Source of the DNA: Eremomyces bilateralis CBS 781.70
Taxonomy: Eukaryota
Assembly: GCA_010015585.1 (NCBI GenBank)
Contig: ML975153.1
Length of the DNA stretch: 64,000 bases
Strand: one strand, 5' to 3'
A program made the translations under genes and the position numbers. Shown here in pieces: positions 38,326 to 52,147 of the stretch. Every line of letters begins with the position of its first letter. Within the stretch, counting starts at the first letter, position 1. The notes beneath the pieces were generated by a model, which saw only the letters and a list, made by a program, of their open reading frames with translations, was not told the DNA's origin and searched no databases.

Positions 38326-41065
38326 TCACCCCTCCGTCCCCATCATCCCCCTCATCGCAAACCGCCTTATTTCCCACCGCCACTCATCCCCCCTCCCCGC
38401 CTCATCCACCCACCCAGCCACCCTTCGCCTCCACACCGCCTCCTCCTCCCTCTGCCTTCGAATAAACTCCGGCCCCAGATCAAACTCCTCCGGCATCGGC
38501 TCGGTGAATCCGGCGGTCCCACTCGTCGTCGGCTCCGGCGAAACCGCATTCTCCGCGGTGCCGAGATTCACAGGTAGCGGCGCCGCCAAGCTCGCGCGCT
38601 TCGCATCCTCGCGCTCGTCCGGTAGGTCAGGCAGCCCGGCGAAGGGGTCGTCTTCCTCCTCGACGGAGAGGGCGTCAGGGGAGAGGACGGCGTTGGGATC
38701 GCCGCCGGTGGTGGAGCGGGAGAGGGAGCGGGGGTCGAGCTTGAGCCATTTCATTTGGCGGGGGTCGAAGAGCATGCCGCGCTCGACTTGGAAGGCGGAG
38801 GCGCGGGAGGGGAGGTGGGAGATGAGGGCGGGGCGGGGGGGAGATGGGGGTTGGTTTTGTTGGGGTTGGGTCGGGGGAGGACGGGTGAGGTGGAGGGTGG
38901 GGGAGAGGTTGAGGGGGATGGAAGGGGGGGTGGAGTGGGTGTGGTGGTGGCGGAAGTGGGATTCGTGGGGGGCGTGGAGGGGGAGGGTGGAGGTGGAGGG
39001 GTTGGAGTGGAAGGCAGCGAGGGCATTTTCGTTGCCTTCCCAGCGGTGGAGGACGGGGTTGAAGATCATGCCTTTCTCATCTGGATGCAAGTCAGTATGT
39101 GTCGGATGGAGAGGGGTAGGAAATGTGGAGCGGGGGATGGATTGGACGGTATTAGCCACCCAGACTCGGTGCATGCTGTGCTTGGCTTCAGGTCAACTCA
39201 CTCCTCACTTGCCCCACGCCCACCCCTTTGATTAATAATGGTTTCTTCGTCTCACCATCTCTCTTCTTCTTGGTCGCATGGACTGTCGGGCTCCTCGCGG
39301 CGATCGTCGCCTTCCAGTTGGTGGTGACCGGCATCAACGGCCCCTCGCTTCGCGGGCGGTTAGACGTCGTGCCGAGACGTTGCTCGCGCGCAATCCGGCT
39401 GGCGGCCGTGTCTCGGGCAAATCGAGGGGTGTTCGACGGCTCGAACCCGGAGCGCAGGCTGGGACCACGAGGACCGGGGGTGGATGGAAGGGGCGTAGAT
39501 GGGACGGATGGGAAGGACGATACACTCGAGCCGACCCCGGACAGCCTCTGGTTCTCCTGATTAAGTCCCAGGCGGCTCGGAAGGTGGCGAAGGGTCTTTG
39601 GCGGACCGCGGCTGGTCGGTTGCTTGGTGAACTTGTGCTCCTTCGTGGCGGACGTGGGAAGGTCGTCGAAAATGTCGAGTTCGCTACCGTCGCCCCAGTT
39701 GCGTTGGCGGGTGGGACGGTTGAGGGTTCGCCTTGCTGCAGCGTCTCGGGCCAGATGAGCGGGAGCGACGTTGGGATCTTTTCGCATACCGACGCGAGAG
39801 GGGGTGTCGGAGCCGCGATCTCGCTGGCGGGAGAATGGTCGTGAAGTTGGAGAGTTGGGGCGGTTCGGATCGGAATCCCGACGGAACGACGAGAGGGATC
39901 CGAGAGAAGATTTTGCGGTAATATGATGGGATTGGTTACTTGAGGCTCCGGTGGGTAAGAACGGAACATGAGACTTGGGTTGCGAGTGAGAGTGAGAGTG
40001 TTGCGGATAGTGGTTCCTGAGCACGGGAGCGGATCGCTTCGCCTTGAGTAACTGCGCGCTCGTCGTGGTGGGCGCGACACGGCCAACCCGACTCATATGG
40101 CTTGCGCCTGGTTCGAGGACCGGAGCCAGGTTCGAAGATTTCGACGTGGGACGCGGAATTCGGGATGTCAGCGGCTTGTCCGTGAACGTGATGGTGGTCG
40201 CGGCAGATTTCGTTGCCGGCGTGAACTGCTTGACGTTCTGGACCTTCACATTTCGATTCAGCTTCAGCTTCTTCGGATCGAAAATATCGCCGCCGAAATC
40301 CAGGTCGTCAAAGGACTCCTCGGGTCCTTGCATGGAGCCTGCGGTCCGTGGTCGCGACGCCATCGGCGACGGGAAAGGATCGCTCGGAGGGACAGGATCC
40401 TGCATCGGTGGAGGAGCCGACGTCGGGGGCTCTTCGACTGCTTTGCGCTTTTTCAGGAGCGCGCCGAAGTCGAGCGGTTGATCAGGCAAAACCAGCCCGT
40501 CCAACCCATCGTCTTCACTCTCCGCGGTCACACAACTCCCAATACTTGGACTCATTCCGGAGGCGGACGAACTTCGACCTCGCAGCTCGCGTCGGGTGCC
40601 TCCAAATCGGATGCCTAAGCTTCCTTCGGCCCACTCGTCAAACTCGTCTTGGTCGGTCAGCGGGGTCACGGGGCATTTCGGCGCGTCGGAGCCCAGTTCG
40701 GTTTTCAATTTCAGTCCTCCCGCGGTCGGCAGTTCGATGTCCTCGCCCCAATCGTCGTCGACCTTCGGGCGCGACTTTTTCTTACCAAGACGCTTGATGG
40801 TGCCGCCGAGGAGCGCGGACGAAGGGATGTTAGCCGGGATGGGAATGCCGGCGAGCTTCGCGGAGGAAATAGCGTTGGTGGTGGAGGCGTCGTCGTTGGG
40901 AGCGATCAGGACCTGCCAGTCTTCGTCGGCGGCGTTGGATTCGGAGCGGACGGAGGCGCGCGACGAGAGGGAGAGGGAGGTGCGGGTGCGGGGGGTGGTG
41001 AGTTTGGCGAACATGTCGCCTTGGAAGTCGGCATCGTCGTCCCAGTTTTCGACCTGAGTAGCCAT
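38326..41065 (-). CDS. byr4: Septation-initiation-network / mitotic-exit inhibitor Byr4/Bfa1; 2 exons
   Basis: VENWDDDADF, WGDGSELDIFDDLPT, GMIFNPVLHRWEGNENAL, GMLFDPRQMKWLK, EEFDLGPEFIRRQREEE. Confidence 0.85.
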
Positions 41066-42333
41066 GACGGCTGCTCAACTGGGGAGGGACAGCCGAGAGG
41101 CGGAATATGGAGAGCCGATAATGCGATGGACGTTGGCGATAATGTGGTGTAGGAGGGTGAGATTGGATGGAGGTCGGGATATGAGAAGAAATTTATTTCT
41201 GGTGGGTGGTGAGTGGATGGACCATGTGAAGGTATGGTGGCCTTCCCTCGTGCAAGAGTGAATTGATTGAATTGTTGAAGTGTGGAGGTGAAACATGGAG
41301 GTGGAGGAGAAGAAGTGAAGAGGTTGGAGGTTGGGGGTGGAAGCTGCAGAAGGGAGAGGTGAGCGTGGAGGTGAATGAAGGCATCAAGGCCACAAGGCAT
41401 GCACAGATGAGCCAAGTAAGGTACCAAGGCCACAAGGCGCAAGGGAGATCTCACGCGAAACTGACGCGCTTCTCACAGGTGCCCATCTCCACTAGAATAT
41501 CACCGTTGAATAATTACTTACGCATTGATGAGGATGGAAGAAGTGTTCTATCCATTAATAGATACAAAACTGATCAACTGATGTTACGAGTCCCAATTAG
41601 AACTCTAAATGTCCCGATGATGGGATTCAACCTTGCCGAAACGTCTTATCCAGTTATCCTTCTTGTCTTCACATCAAAGACCCCCAAGCAAACCACGACA
41701 CGTCCACTCCCTTCAGATATTACTCCCACCACACCCCATTCAGGCCAACTGGCAATATTAATATCTCAGAGCGTAAACCGTTAACCCCCTGGAAGCTTCA
41801 TTGCTTCCATTCCGCCCCATCTATTTCATGCTCCTCTCATTTCTTTTTTGATTAGAGTAGTTCGAAGTCATTCAGGCTCCAGGCCCCAGGACGCTGTCAC
41901 TGCTGTGTTGCTGCCTACAACGATACTGTGTCCTCATATCTTGCTCGTGCTATAATTCCTGTCTGCTGCTGAGTGTGTTGGCTGATGGCTCTTTAAGTAA
42001 ATTGAGGTAAGGATCCGACTTCAGACTTGGCTGCCTGCTCCCCGCTTAGTCTAGCTCTGGTTAGCGGCATAGCATCACACCCCAGATTGTCGACATTGGG
42101 ATTATTTATGTGCGGACTGTGGAACAGCAACAGCACGAGCAGTCGATCATCAATCATCGATCGTTTATCATCTATTATCCTGATTTCGATCTCCCTGTAG
42201 GACGAGATTACTGTCGAGATACGCTCTCTCCAAACCGCTCGACCGTCATTTCCGCTTAGAAACTCAATTAGAATATGATATCGCAATCTCCCTCCGTCCG
42301 CTCCATCCCAGTCTGAGGTGCGAATTTCTCACC

Positions 42334-43923
42334 ATGTCCACAAGCACCGACCAGATCCTCCGTGTCGATCGATCCGACAAGGAGTCCTTGACCAGCGAGG
42401 AAAACGACTACGTCCTTTTCAAAGTATCTCGAGACGACGGCACACCATCAAGCTTGGGTGTGAGCTTGACCGCAACGGAAGGACTCGCTGTGTTTGTCGG
42501 TAGGAGTAAGTACGCTTTTCGTCGTCAAATATTTCAATCGGCGTATATCAACATGGGTTCGTCGATTATCGATCTGGAGGTCATGGTTTTTGCTTCCTTG
42601 TACGTGGTTTGATTTTCTGGGCGAGTCCCTCCTGTCGCGCTCGGACGGCGTAATTTTATATTTTATATTTCGTCATTGTTTAGCCTTTCCTATCGGCAAC
42701 CCCATGTCAGCTAGACCGTCAGACTAACCAGGTCGTGTAGTCGTTCCAAGTCGCATACGGAGCATCAAGGCGCCCAACTATCGTGGTAGCGATGAGAACT
42801 TGGAAGTAGCCGTGCGGCACTGCGTTCTCGAGGAGCCGATCCCGCCTCAGCATGCCGAGACTCTTGCCGGGCTGGAGATCGTGGCGTATAAATCGTCTGT
42901 AAACAAAAATGCGGCGGAGGAGCAGCTCCATGTCGTCATTCGGCAACAGGTCAGCGGCATCGTGGTATGGCCTTACGAATCATCAGCCCCTGAAATTGAA
43001 ATGCTAAGACGTCACCCAGCAACGACTCGCCACCATCGAACTCGCACCCAGCGATGAAGAAGTCGACATCCTCTCCTGGACCGCGACCGCCGTCCAGTCC
43101 GCCCATCGCTTCCGCGCCGAATCCGCAACCCTAACCGCCCAACTCCAAGCGCAGCTGACCCGCGCCGAGACCCTGCAAACGGAGCTGGAAGCGCTCCTCT
43201 CGCGGAAGCGCGATGACGAAGATGCCATGCTCCTCAAGTTCGCGGCACTGCTGAACAGCAAGAAGCTGAAGATCCGCGAAATGCAGCGCGCCATGGCCCT
43301 CCGCCCGCACGCCGCACCCGGTATCAAATGTACCTCACCCCGCCCATCCTCCGAATCACAAACTGACTTCCCTAGCCGACGAATCACCCCCTCCAGACAA
43401 TTCCGACCACAAACCTCCCCGTCCCAAACGCAAACCCCCCACCCAATCCCCCTCCCCCTCATCCTCCTCCGACTTCGAATCCATGCCCCTGCCCCGTCCT
43501 GCCTCCCCCTCCCACTCGAACGACGACACCTCCACCCAGCCCCCCAGCGACACCGACACCGCCACTGCCAGCGACCATGAGCCCGAATCTAGCCCTCCGA
43601 AAACCCGGAAACTCGGCCGCGTCGGTGGGGGGAAGCGGTCACCAATTCCCGCGGCAAATCAGGGGCGGAATGCCGCCTCGCCGCCGGCGACGCGGAGGAG
43701 TCGACGGCAGCAGAGTAAGGAACCGTCGCCATCAGTGACGACGGCGCGAAGAAGTCAACGTACGCGGGCGAGTCAGGTGGATGAGGAGGGGGATGGGGAT
43801 GAGATGGAGGTGGAGGTGGAGATGCCGCCGCCGAGGAGGGAATTGCCGCATCGGAGGGGGGTGGTGGAGCGGACGGATGAGAGGGTGGGGGAGGAGGGGA
43901 GTGAGACGGAGGATGAGTTGTGA
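42334..43923 (+). CDS. XRCC4: XRCC4/Lif1-like NHEJ factor, multi-exon
   Basis: Head-domain-like SLTATEG exon, QRLATIEL, coiled coil ending LLKFAALLNSKKLKIREMQR, acidic tail ..SETEDEL*. Confidence 0.75.
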
Positions 43924-45378
43924 GGGGAGAGGGTGGAGGTCGGTTGCGTACCGTGCTTACTTACTGCACACACAGTGGGGATTAGATGGAATGGCCGCAG
44001 TTGGCTATCGGAGACCTACGCTACACTGCACTACGCTACGGCAACCTCCTCATCGAACACTCTCCAAAGCTCTAAACAGCGATAGCACATAATATCGTGT
44101 TGCGCCACATCATCATCGCACGTGGTATCCCAACCATGTCTGATCGCCCTCCCGCGGTACTCCCCTCGCGCCGACCCGAATGGAATGACGCATGCCTGAC
44201 GCTCCCTGGGACGGCCATCCACACTCCGGTCCAACCCATTCTCGTCCACCGAATCTTCGCATCGTCGGGCTTCTCACGCACGACGATCATCGGCGTCTAA
44301 ATGTCTCCATCTCCTCTACGGTAGTCTCTCCATCTCTTCTGCAAGTCCCTAGATCGCCTACCTACCCAGAGTTCCCATCCATCAAATCTCGCCCCGCCCA
44401 TAAGGCTGGAGCCCGCGGCTGAGGGTTGAATCGGCTGGTACGGATATCCAAAGTTCAGGGAAATCTACTCAGGCACGAGGCGGTCATTGGTAGGGAGATG
44501 GGGGGATGGTGCGGGTCAGTACGGACCCTAAACCGCTTCTGGGGAATTTCCCCTTTTTTTATTTTTGTGAATATCGGGGTTGGGAGGGAGGGTTTGATAT
44601 TCTGAGTACTCTGGATATGGATGGTTGGTGGCCAGGGCGATGGGGTTTAAGTGGTGGGTTCATGTTGCGCCTGTGGAGGGAAGATGCAACGATGCTGGAC
44701 TTGAATTGTTGCTTATCCCTCTTAGAATCAGTTTGTAAACGAAGATTTCCTTTCGTCTCCTATTCGATGTCAAAGAAATGCGAGATACCGCGGTGATTTG
44801 GCTGAGCCGTCGATGTTTGGATAATCCAAGAAAACCTACCAGGCTCTCTGCACTGTACCGCACCGTACCGCACCACACTCGACAACGCCTACCACCACGT
44901 GGACCCTGATATCGCGACTTCTTGGATGCGTCCCATCCCTTCTCTCAATGAAGCATGGCGATGGGATATTCGTGGGAAATCACGGCATGGATTGGTCGAG
45001 ATGGTCCATTCGTGGTGCGGGTGCGGTACATCTCGTGGTGACATCCAGAAGTACATCCAGAAGTCCATCCATCAGCTCCATCTCTCGTCGGTAGAAGATC
45101 GCGAACTTAGGGAGTCAGCTGGAATAAAATCGAAGCCTTCGAAGTTGATGAAGATGGATTCTCTCCATCGTCCTACAACTGAACTGTGGTCAACTTGGAT
45201 ATTATACATACTTTCACCCCGCCGTATCAAACGGAACGCTATTTAGCCTAACAGCCTGGAGCTGCCGATCTTGTACACGGTTTACTCTGCCCTAGTCCCG
45301 CCTGCAAATTATTGGCGCTAAGTCCAAGCTCTGGCCCCAAGCCCGCGCGTGCGCTCAAGAGTCGATCGAATAATCAGC

Positions 45379-48300
45379 ATGAGCCCAATGTTGCAGAGGC
45401 GCGGAGGAGAGCAGGGCGTGGAGACGGCAGGGGAGGGGGCGCTCTCGATGCATCTCTCCTCCTCCTCCTCCTCCTCCTCCTCCTCCTCCTCATCCTCCTC
45501 ATCCTCCTCCAACATCATCACCAACACCTTCTCCTCCTTCATCTTCTCCTCCACCTCTACCTTCGATCACTCCAACTCCAACTCCATCCCCAACTTCAGC
45601 GCCGGCTTCGACCACCGCTTTTTCAGTAATCGCTCCATCTCCACCCCCGACCTTCCTTTCCCCCGCTTCTCCCATCTCGCCCATCTCCCCCATCCAAACC
45701 GCCCCCATCTCCCCCATCTCCCCCGTCCAACCCCCCCCTCTGCCGATCCATTCCTGCTCGGGAACCCTCCACTCCCGGGCCTTCCCCTCGCTCCGAATAC
45801 CAGCCTCGTCGTTGATCCCCAGTGGCTCACGCTGGACGACATGAATACTACTCCGTACTTCTCGAATTCCGACGAACCCTCGCTTGCCAACACCCCGAAA
45901 TGGGACGACTACACCACCGGTTTCGATCAATCCGATTCCGCGGCAAGCAGTCCCAATAATCTCCAGAACGTTCACCCATCCACGCAACCGTTTGCGCAAT
46001 CAGGCTACGAGCCACCCCTCGCGCTGCAAGACGATGTGTCCGCCTCCGCCATGATCTTCCCCCCGTACCGCCTCCACCTCGGCGCCAGCGCCGCCAAGTC
46101 GCGCGTCGAAACCCAAGTCAACGTCCCTTTGACCCTCTATCCTGCCCCGCCTGGCATCTCGAAGGTGCACCTCCCCGCCGAAAGTATCGCCAAACCCAAG
46201 CTCCTGATCCGCGGCCACGAGCCCTCCCCCGACACCCTCGAGCTCTCCACCTACCTCGTCCGCACCACCGCTATGAAACACCGCTACTTCCAACGCAAGG
46301 CCCTCGCCCACGCGCGCGGAGACCCCGATCCGCCTATCCAGCCCGACGAGCAGGCGGAGCTCGATGCCGACGACGAGCGCCGCGCCCCGGACTTCGACCA
46401 CGCGCCGGACCACCCGCAGAACGGCGGCGAGGTGAAGATCTGCAACAACTGCATCTCGCGGGAGCGGAAGCGGTCGCTGCGGAAGAAGCCGAGCGATAAG
46501 GATGAAGAGAAGCTGTTGAATCGCATGTGGAGCGAGCTGGAGGCCATGCGCATCGTCGTTTTCAATCGGGGGGAGATCCAGGACTGGACCCACGTGTCGA
46601 ATCTGCGGATCCCGACGTTGCCGTTGGCGGGTCATGCGGCGGCTGATTCGGCGCTGACGGTCGAATTGCCGATGCGCATCGCATGCTATTGTCGCCATCA
46701 GGGAGAAAAGATCGGTTTCCAGTAAGTTCAGAGCGTTCTTCGGAACGGCGTTGGTACTGATTCGTGTAGAGTCATTTTTACCTTGAAGAACCATCTCGGC
46801 CATGTCATTGCGCAGGAAATGAGCCAGTCCATCCATATCACCGACGACCATAAGGCCAAAGAACCACCGACCGCTATCCCCTCCTTGGATATGACCGGAA
46901 TGGTCCTCCAAACCGCCGCTCCTTACATGCAAGGCATCCCAGCCACCATGGGGATGCCCGGTCCGTCGTCCGCCGTCTCCATGACGTTCCCTCTGGCTAA
47001 CCCCCCAATGTATGGACTTGCCGGCCAACCGATGGGATTCCCGCCGCAGCTTTCTCCATCGACCTTAGGACCCGTCAGCCAATTCCCCATGGCTTCCACA
47101 GGAATGGATCCGCAGATGATGCCACCGACCTCGGCTGGACCCATGCAGACCACCTTCACCGGGGCCACCCTCTCCCAGCGCCACGCCTTTTCGACTCCGA
47201 ACCTCGTCGAACTGGGCGGGATGGGCTCACATTACCCAAGTCATCACCACCATGGTTGGGATACCGTTCACACACCCATTGATGGTATGTGGTTCTACCC
47301 CATCTATTTACAAACCAATGCCTAAGTCGGTCAGGGACTGTGACACCTCGAAATCTGTCCCGCCCCCCTTCGCCGAGTTTCGAAGCCGGCCCGGCGAAGA
47401 AGCGGAAAGGCTCGTCATCGGGCGCCCATCGACACAACATGTCCTCCGCCTCGCTGTCAAATCTGATTATGACCCCCATCGCCGGAAACCCCCTTTCGCG
47501 TGAATCATCCAACCTCGCCATCACGCCTCCCGCCATTCCCTACAGCAATTCGTCCGACGGGTTCCCATTCACCACCACCGGCGCATACGGTCCTAGCTCG
47601 CGCAACTTCCCTTCGCCGACCAACTTCCATAACCAACAGTTTTACTCGGCCCCCAACTCTGCACACCATTCTCGTGCTCCTTCTCCGACCTCCTTCACCA
47701 ATGCGATGCAAAACCAAATGTCGGCACAAGTCCCTCACCATTCCCAACGACCGTCCTCATCTCAAGCACTCAATACGCAACCCCACCGCCCACACGGCCG
47801 CCGCGCCACGCCCCAACACCCCTCCAAACCCACCATCACCAACCTCGTCCCCGCCGAATCCCCCATCAAAGGCGGCATCGACATCGCCTGCATCGGCCAC
47901 AACTTCCACCCCAAACAATCTGTCTGGGTCGGCCCCCACCGCGCCACTGTCCGCCCCTCTACCCTCTCCGCCTCCTCCCTCGTCTTCGTCGCCCCCACCG
48001 TCCACCGCGCCTGCGCCCTCCCCGTCTTCCTCACCCTTCCCACCGAATCCCCCGACGACCTCGACCCCGCTCCCGACGACCCCCGCCCCCTCCTCCACTA
48101 CGCCCCCGACGACGGCCCCCTTCTCGGCGAAGCCATGCGCATCCTCGCCCACCGCGTCTACGGGCCTGACGTGAAAGACCTCCGCACGCTCGCCCATCAT
48201 CTCGTCCGCGCCGACCGCGCCGCCCACGCCCCCTACCTCGACCCCGCGCAGGACGCCACCAGCGCAACCGCCCCGCCCACCCAGCCCATGCCGCCCACCT

Positions 48301-48575
48301 CCCTCTACCCGCACGGCCTTATGCCCGGCGGCAACGGGCAGAACGCGTTCCTCCTCGGCCCACAGGCGAACGGGATGATGGGGGAGGCGACGGCGCTAAA
48401 CGATTCGTTGGGGGACATGACGTTGACAGATGCAGGGTATGGGGGTGGGGCGGCGCTGAAGTTGGGGGACTTTGAGATGCCGGAGGTGGGGTTGGGGGAT
48501 GTGCCGGAGATGGAGGTAAGGGGGGCGGAGGAGGGGGAGTTGGTGAGGAGGATCGAGGAGTGGAAGGGGGTTTAG
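45379..48575 (+). CDS. Spt23/Mga2-like transcription factor (DNA-binding-like domain + IPT/TIG), lacking ankyrin repeats and TM; introns 46722-46769 and 47285-47334
   Basis: KSRVETQV, SIAKPKLL, KICNNCISRERKR, PMRIACYCRHQGEKIGF; IPT PTITNLVPAESPIKGGIDIACIGHNF. Start uncertain (45379 or 45841). Confidence 0.8.
45457..45510 (+). repeat. (TCC)n microsatellite (poly-Ser if translated)
   Basis: About 18 TCC/TCA triplets. Confidence 0.9.
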
Positions 48576-49276
48576 TGGATTTCTGTTTCGAGCTGTTGGG
48601 TGGGTTTCTTTTTTTCATTCGGGATATTACGCACGGTATACGATGTGCCACGGGGTATGCGGGTGCTCTCTTTCTTTATTTCCTTGCATATGTTTTTTTG
48701 TCCGTGTCAGATTTTCTTGATCGTCTTTGGGGAATGGGAAAAGCAGGGCACACCGTCCATTATCTACAAACGCCGGCACATCATCATCGCGTTCTAGCGA
48801 AGGGGCACATAGGGGGAAATGGCGTTTTTTGGAGGACATTTCTCTCGACTGGAAAAAGGGGAGGACAGGAATCGAACTCCTTTCATTTGTTCTTTTAATA
48901 TTTATTCCTCGTCGCTTATCGACTTGCTGATAGGTCCTGTATATCGAGTCGCGTTCGGTCGCTCGGTCTAGGACGGCTGGGATAGACCGGACCTGGTTTC
49001 AAGATAAAATCCAGTCGGCTCATTCAATGATATGCGGTCTCGCCGTGGTTGGGAGTAGATGAATTGTTTGGAATGCATCATTGATCGACATTGTTGCTAG
49101 GAGCTTTGCAGCCCTAATGATGGATACAGCATGCGAAATACCAACAGCTAGCCTACCCCAATAAACAAAGAACATATCCCAGCTCGAGGAATACAAACAT
49201 CCAACATGTACTTCCTCCCGCGCCTCTCAAACTCCAACCCAAATCTCATCCACAACGCCAACCATCGTAAACCTCA

Positions 49277-52147
49277 TTATGAAACCCCCCCTCCATGCCG
49301 CTTCACCTCCTCCTTCGCCATCCACGGCACCTCCCGACTCAACAACGCCCGCAACTCCGGCGTGATTACCTTCTCCCGCTCCCGCGGCGTCAACTGCCCG
49401 GTCGGTATCCCACCCGCACCACTACCACTCGCAACATTCGCACTAGCACGACCAACCCCACTTCCCCGCCTCGTCCCCACCGGATTCTTTGACCCCCCCT
49501 CACTCGCACTCGCACTCGCACTCGCCGCCCGCCGATGCGTCGTCATCCCCGGTCTTGCATCCCGCAGCACATTTCCCCCCGTCGCCGCCTCCGCAAACGT
49601 ATCCTCCGACCCCGGGAAATTATCCCCCTCCGGCCGCCGCTCAAGCTTGAGCGCCGCGCGCATGGGCGGGGTGAGGGTGTCGGAGGGCGATTTCGGGGGG
49701 GCGGGGACGGACTCGGTGGAGATAGCGCGACGCGGGGTCGGGGGTTCGGGGAGGATGTTTTTGCGGTCGACGGCGTCGACGGTTTTGCGGAAGCGGAGGA
49801 AGAGGGCTTCGGCGCTAAGAAGGGTGGAGTTCAGGTCGATGGCGTTGGCGAGCTCGTTGACGTACTTGAGGACCTCGTCGAAGCCCTGGAGGTGTTCGAG
49901 GATGACGGCACGGTGTTTCTCGAGGATGGCGAGGGCGACGAAGAGGTGGAAGTTGGCGGAGAGGTGATCGGTCCAGAGGGATTCCCAGAGGCGGAGGACG
50001 TCGGGCCAAGGGAACTCGCGCTTGTACCAGACGAGGAGGGGGCGGAAGAAGAAGAAGAAGTTGGTGGAGTCGAGGGATTGGAGGTGGAGGTAGAGTTGGG
50101 GGTCCATGAGTTGGACGAGTTGGTCGAGCGTGAGGAGTTGGAGGCGCATGCCGGATTGGTCGCGGAGGAAGTTCCGTTCCTGAGGGGTTAGCGAGGGTGT
50201 GTTGCGGTGGGAGGGGACATACCATTCGGTTCATGAAGCTGACGAATCCCCAGAAGGCTATGGCATCATCTTGACAGACTGCATAGATGGGTGCGAGGAG
50301 GTCGCTCATGCCTTGGACGTAGCCGAGCTCCCGGTTGTATTCGTTATATGTCAGGAGCATGTCTTTCATCTGCTCGAGATGAACGTTTGTGCCCGCATCC
50401 GCGAAAGGCGAGTTCGGATCCGGATGAGGAGTGTCTTCCCCGGCGAAAAGGGGAACGTGTCGGTCTGTTCGATGTACGTCCTTCTCTATAGAGGCCCGAA
50501 ATGGGGCAAGTCAGTCTTGATCCGTCTCCAAAAGGCAAGAGATGTACGAACCGATCATGTTCTTTTGTTCCTTCCACGATCCCCATGCCTCCTTATTTCC
50601 CGACTCTCCATCGACCATCCGATCCCACCACTTGCCTTTGAGCCGGATATACTCATCCCGCTTGCTATTCATCATCGCATGTCGCTCCGCGGCGGAGCTG
50701 TTCCAGTCATACACCCCCAGCAAGAACATCCACGCCTCCTTGCGCACTCCGTCGTCGGGATCCAACCCACCATGGAACACCCGTTCCTTCACCTCCCCCA
50801 CCGTCACCTCCAGCCGTCCATGCGCGTCAAACCATTTCTTCCACTCGATCATCGTCACAGGATCCCGCCGCTCATTGATGCTGAGATCCCGCGTCTCCAC
50901 CTCCAGGATCTCAAAGGTTCCGAGCTCCGTCTCTTCCTGCTCCATGATATCCTTCGCCGTCCAAATCCGCTGCTGCCGCTCTCGGTCGCCCTGCTCCGAG
51001 ATCCCCATCGCCCACCGCGCTAGGTAGATGCGCGCGGAGTCGAACTCCTCCTGCAGCGTTTGCACTTCGGGGTTGCGCATCAGGTTCCGGAGCTGCGGCG
51101 GTAAATTCTTGTTCTCCGCAACTGCTTGCGCCGTACGCCGGGTAAACGTGGTGACCTGGCTCAGCTTCTCCAGGATGTTCCACCGCGCTTCCTTGAGCGC
51201 TTTGGTGACGGGATCCATGCCTCCATCGCGACGACCGGGCGGTTGGGCATTGGATGGTCCAGGCGATGACGGACCGGCTGCAGCGGGCGATCCGCCACTC
51301 GAAGGTCGTCGCGCGCGTTTCCCATCGATCCCAATACTAAACCCCAGCCGATCTTCCTCGCTCGGCTCGATCAAGAAGATGTTCGGGTCGGCCCCGCTTC
51401 GCTCCACCCGGACATATCGCTTCAGCCATCGCAGCACCTCGTCCCCTCCCCAGAACATCCCGCCGCCATCGCCGAACGGGTCGAAGCTCTCCCTGGCAAG
51501 CTTCTTCCGCTGGAGAATCGTGCTCTCGCACTCGCTGTCATGGAAGAACAGCGCGGGGAAGCTATCGCCCGCGCGGGTGTTGATGACGACGCTGCCGAAC
51601 CACCACCCGATGCTAGGGGGGCGGACGAGTAGGCTGTAGATCTCGGAGACGGGGATGGCGAAGGCGTAGCCTGGGGAGCTCGAGCTCGCGTGGCCGATGT
51701 TCGTGGGGGGGAGGGGGACGAGGTAGGATTGTTTAGGGGGAGAGGAGCTGCCGCTGAGGTCGACTTTGACGTAGGCATTGAAGATGGTGGAGGAGAGGTC
51801 GGATTCGGGGACCCAGGCGAGGAGGAGGGAGGAGGATCCGATTTGAGAGGGAGAGGTTGGAGATGAGGGAGATAAGGAGGCGGGTTTCTGTTGGATTAAA
51901 GCGATGAATCCGGCGAGGTTGTCCCTGGCATGAGGACTTGGGTGCACGTAAACCTGTTTGGAATTAGTTCTTGTATAGTAGGATCGATTGAAGCTTCTTA
52001 AAGACTCACTTTGCTCTTCGTATACAGCAGCTTCACCCCCCGACCCGAACTGGTATGTCGGATAGTGTTATATTCGCCCTCTTCGTCGTCACTCATGGCG
52101 TAGAATGAAGCGCTTGGAGACGGTGGTTCCTGCTTCGGGGAACTCAT
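49277..52147 (-). CDS. GYP7: Rab GTPase-activating protein Gyp7 (TBC domain), multi-exon
   Basis: VKLLYTKSK/VYVHPSPHARDN, FPALFFHDSEC, FHGGL...VRKEAWMFLLGVY, EKDVHRTDR, LGYVQGMSDLLAPIY, FFFFRPLLVWYKREF. Confidence 0.93.

Noticed and set aside
48560..48898. Hydrophobic ORF that might supply the missing Spt23/Mga2 TM
   Set aside because: T-rich 3' UTR-like sequence in another frame, with no ankyrin motif and no convincing splice link. Not fully excluded without cDNA.
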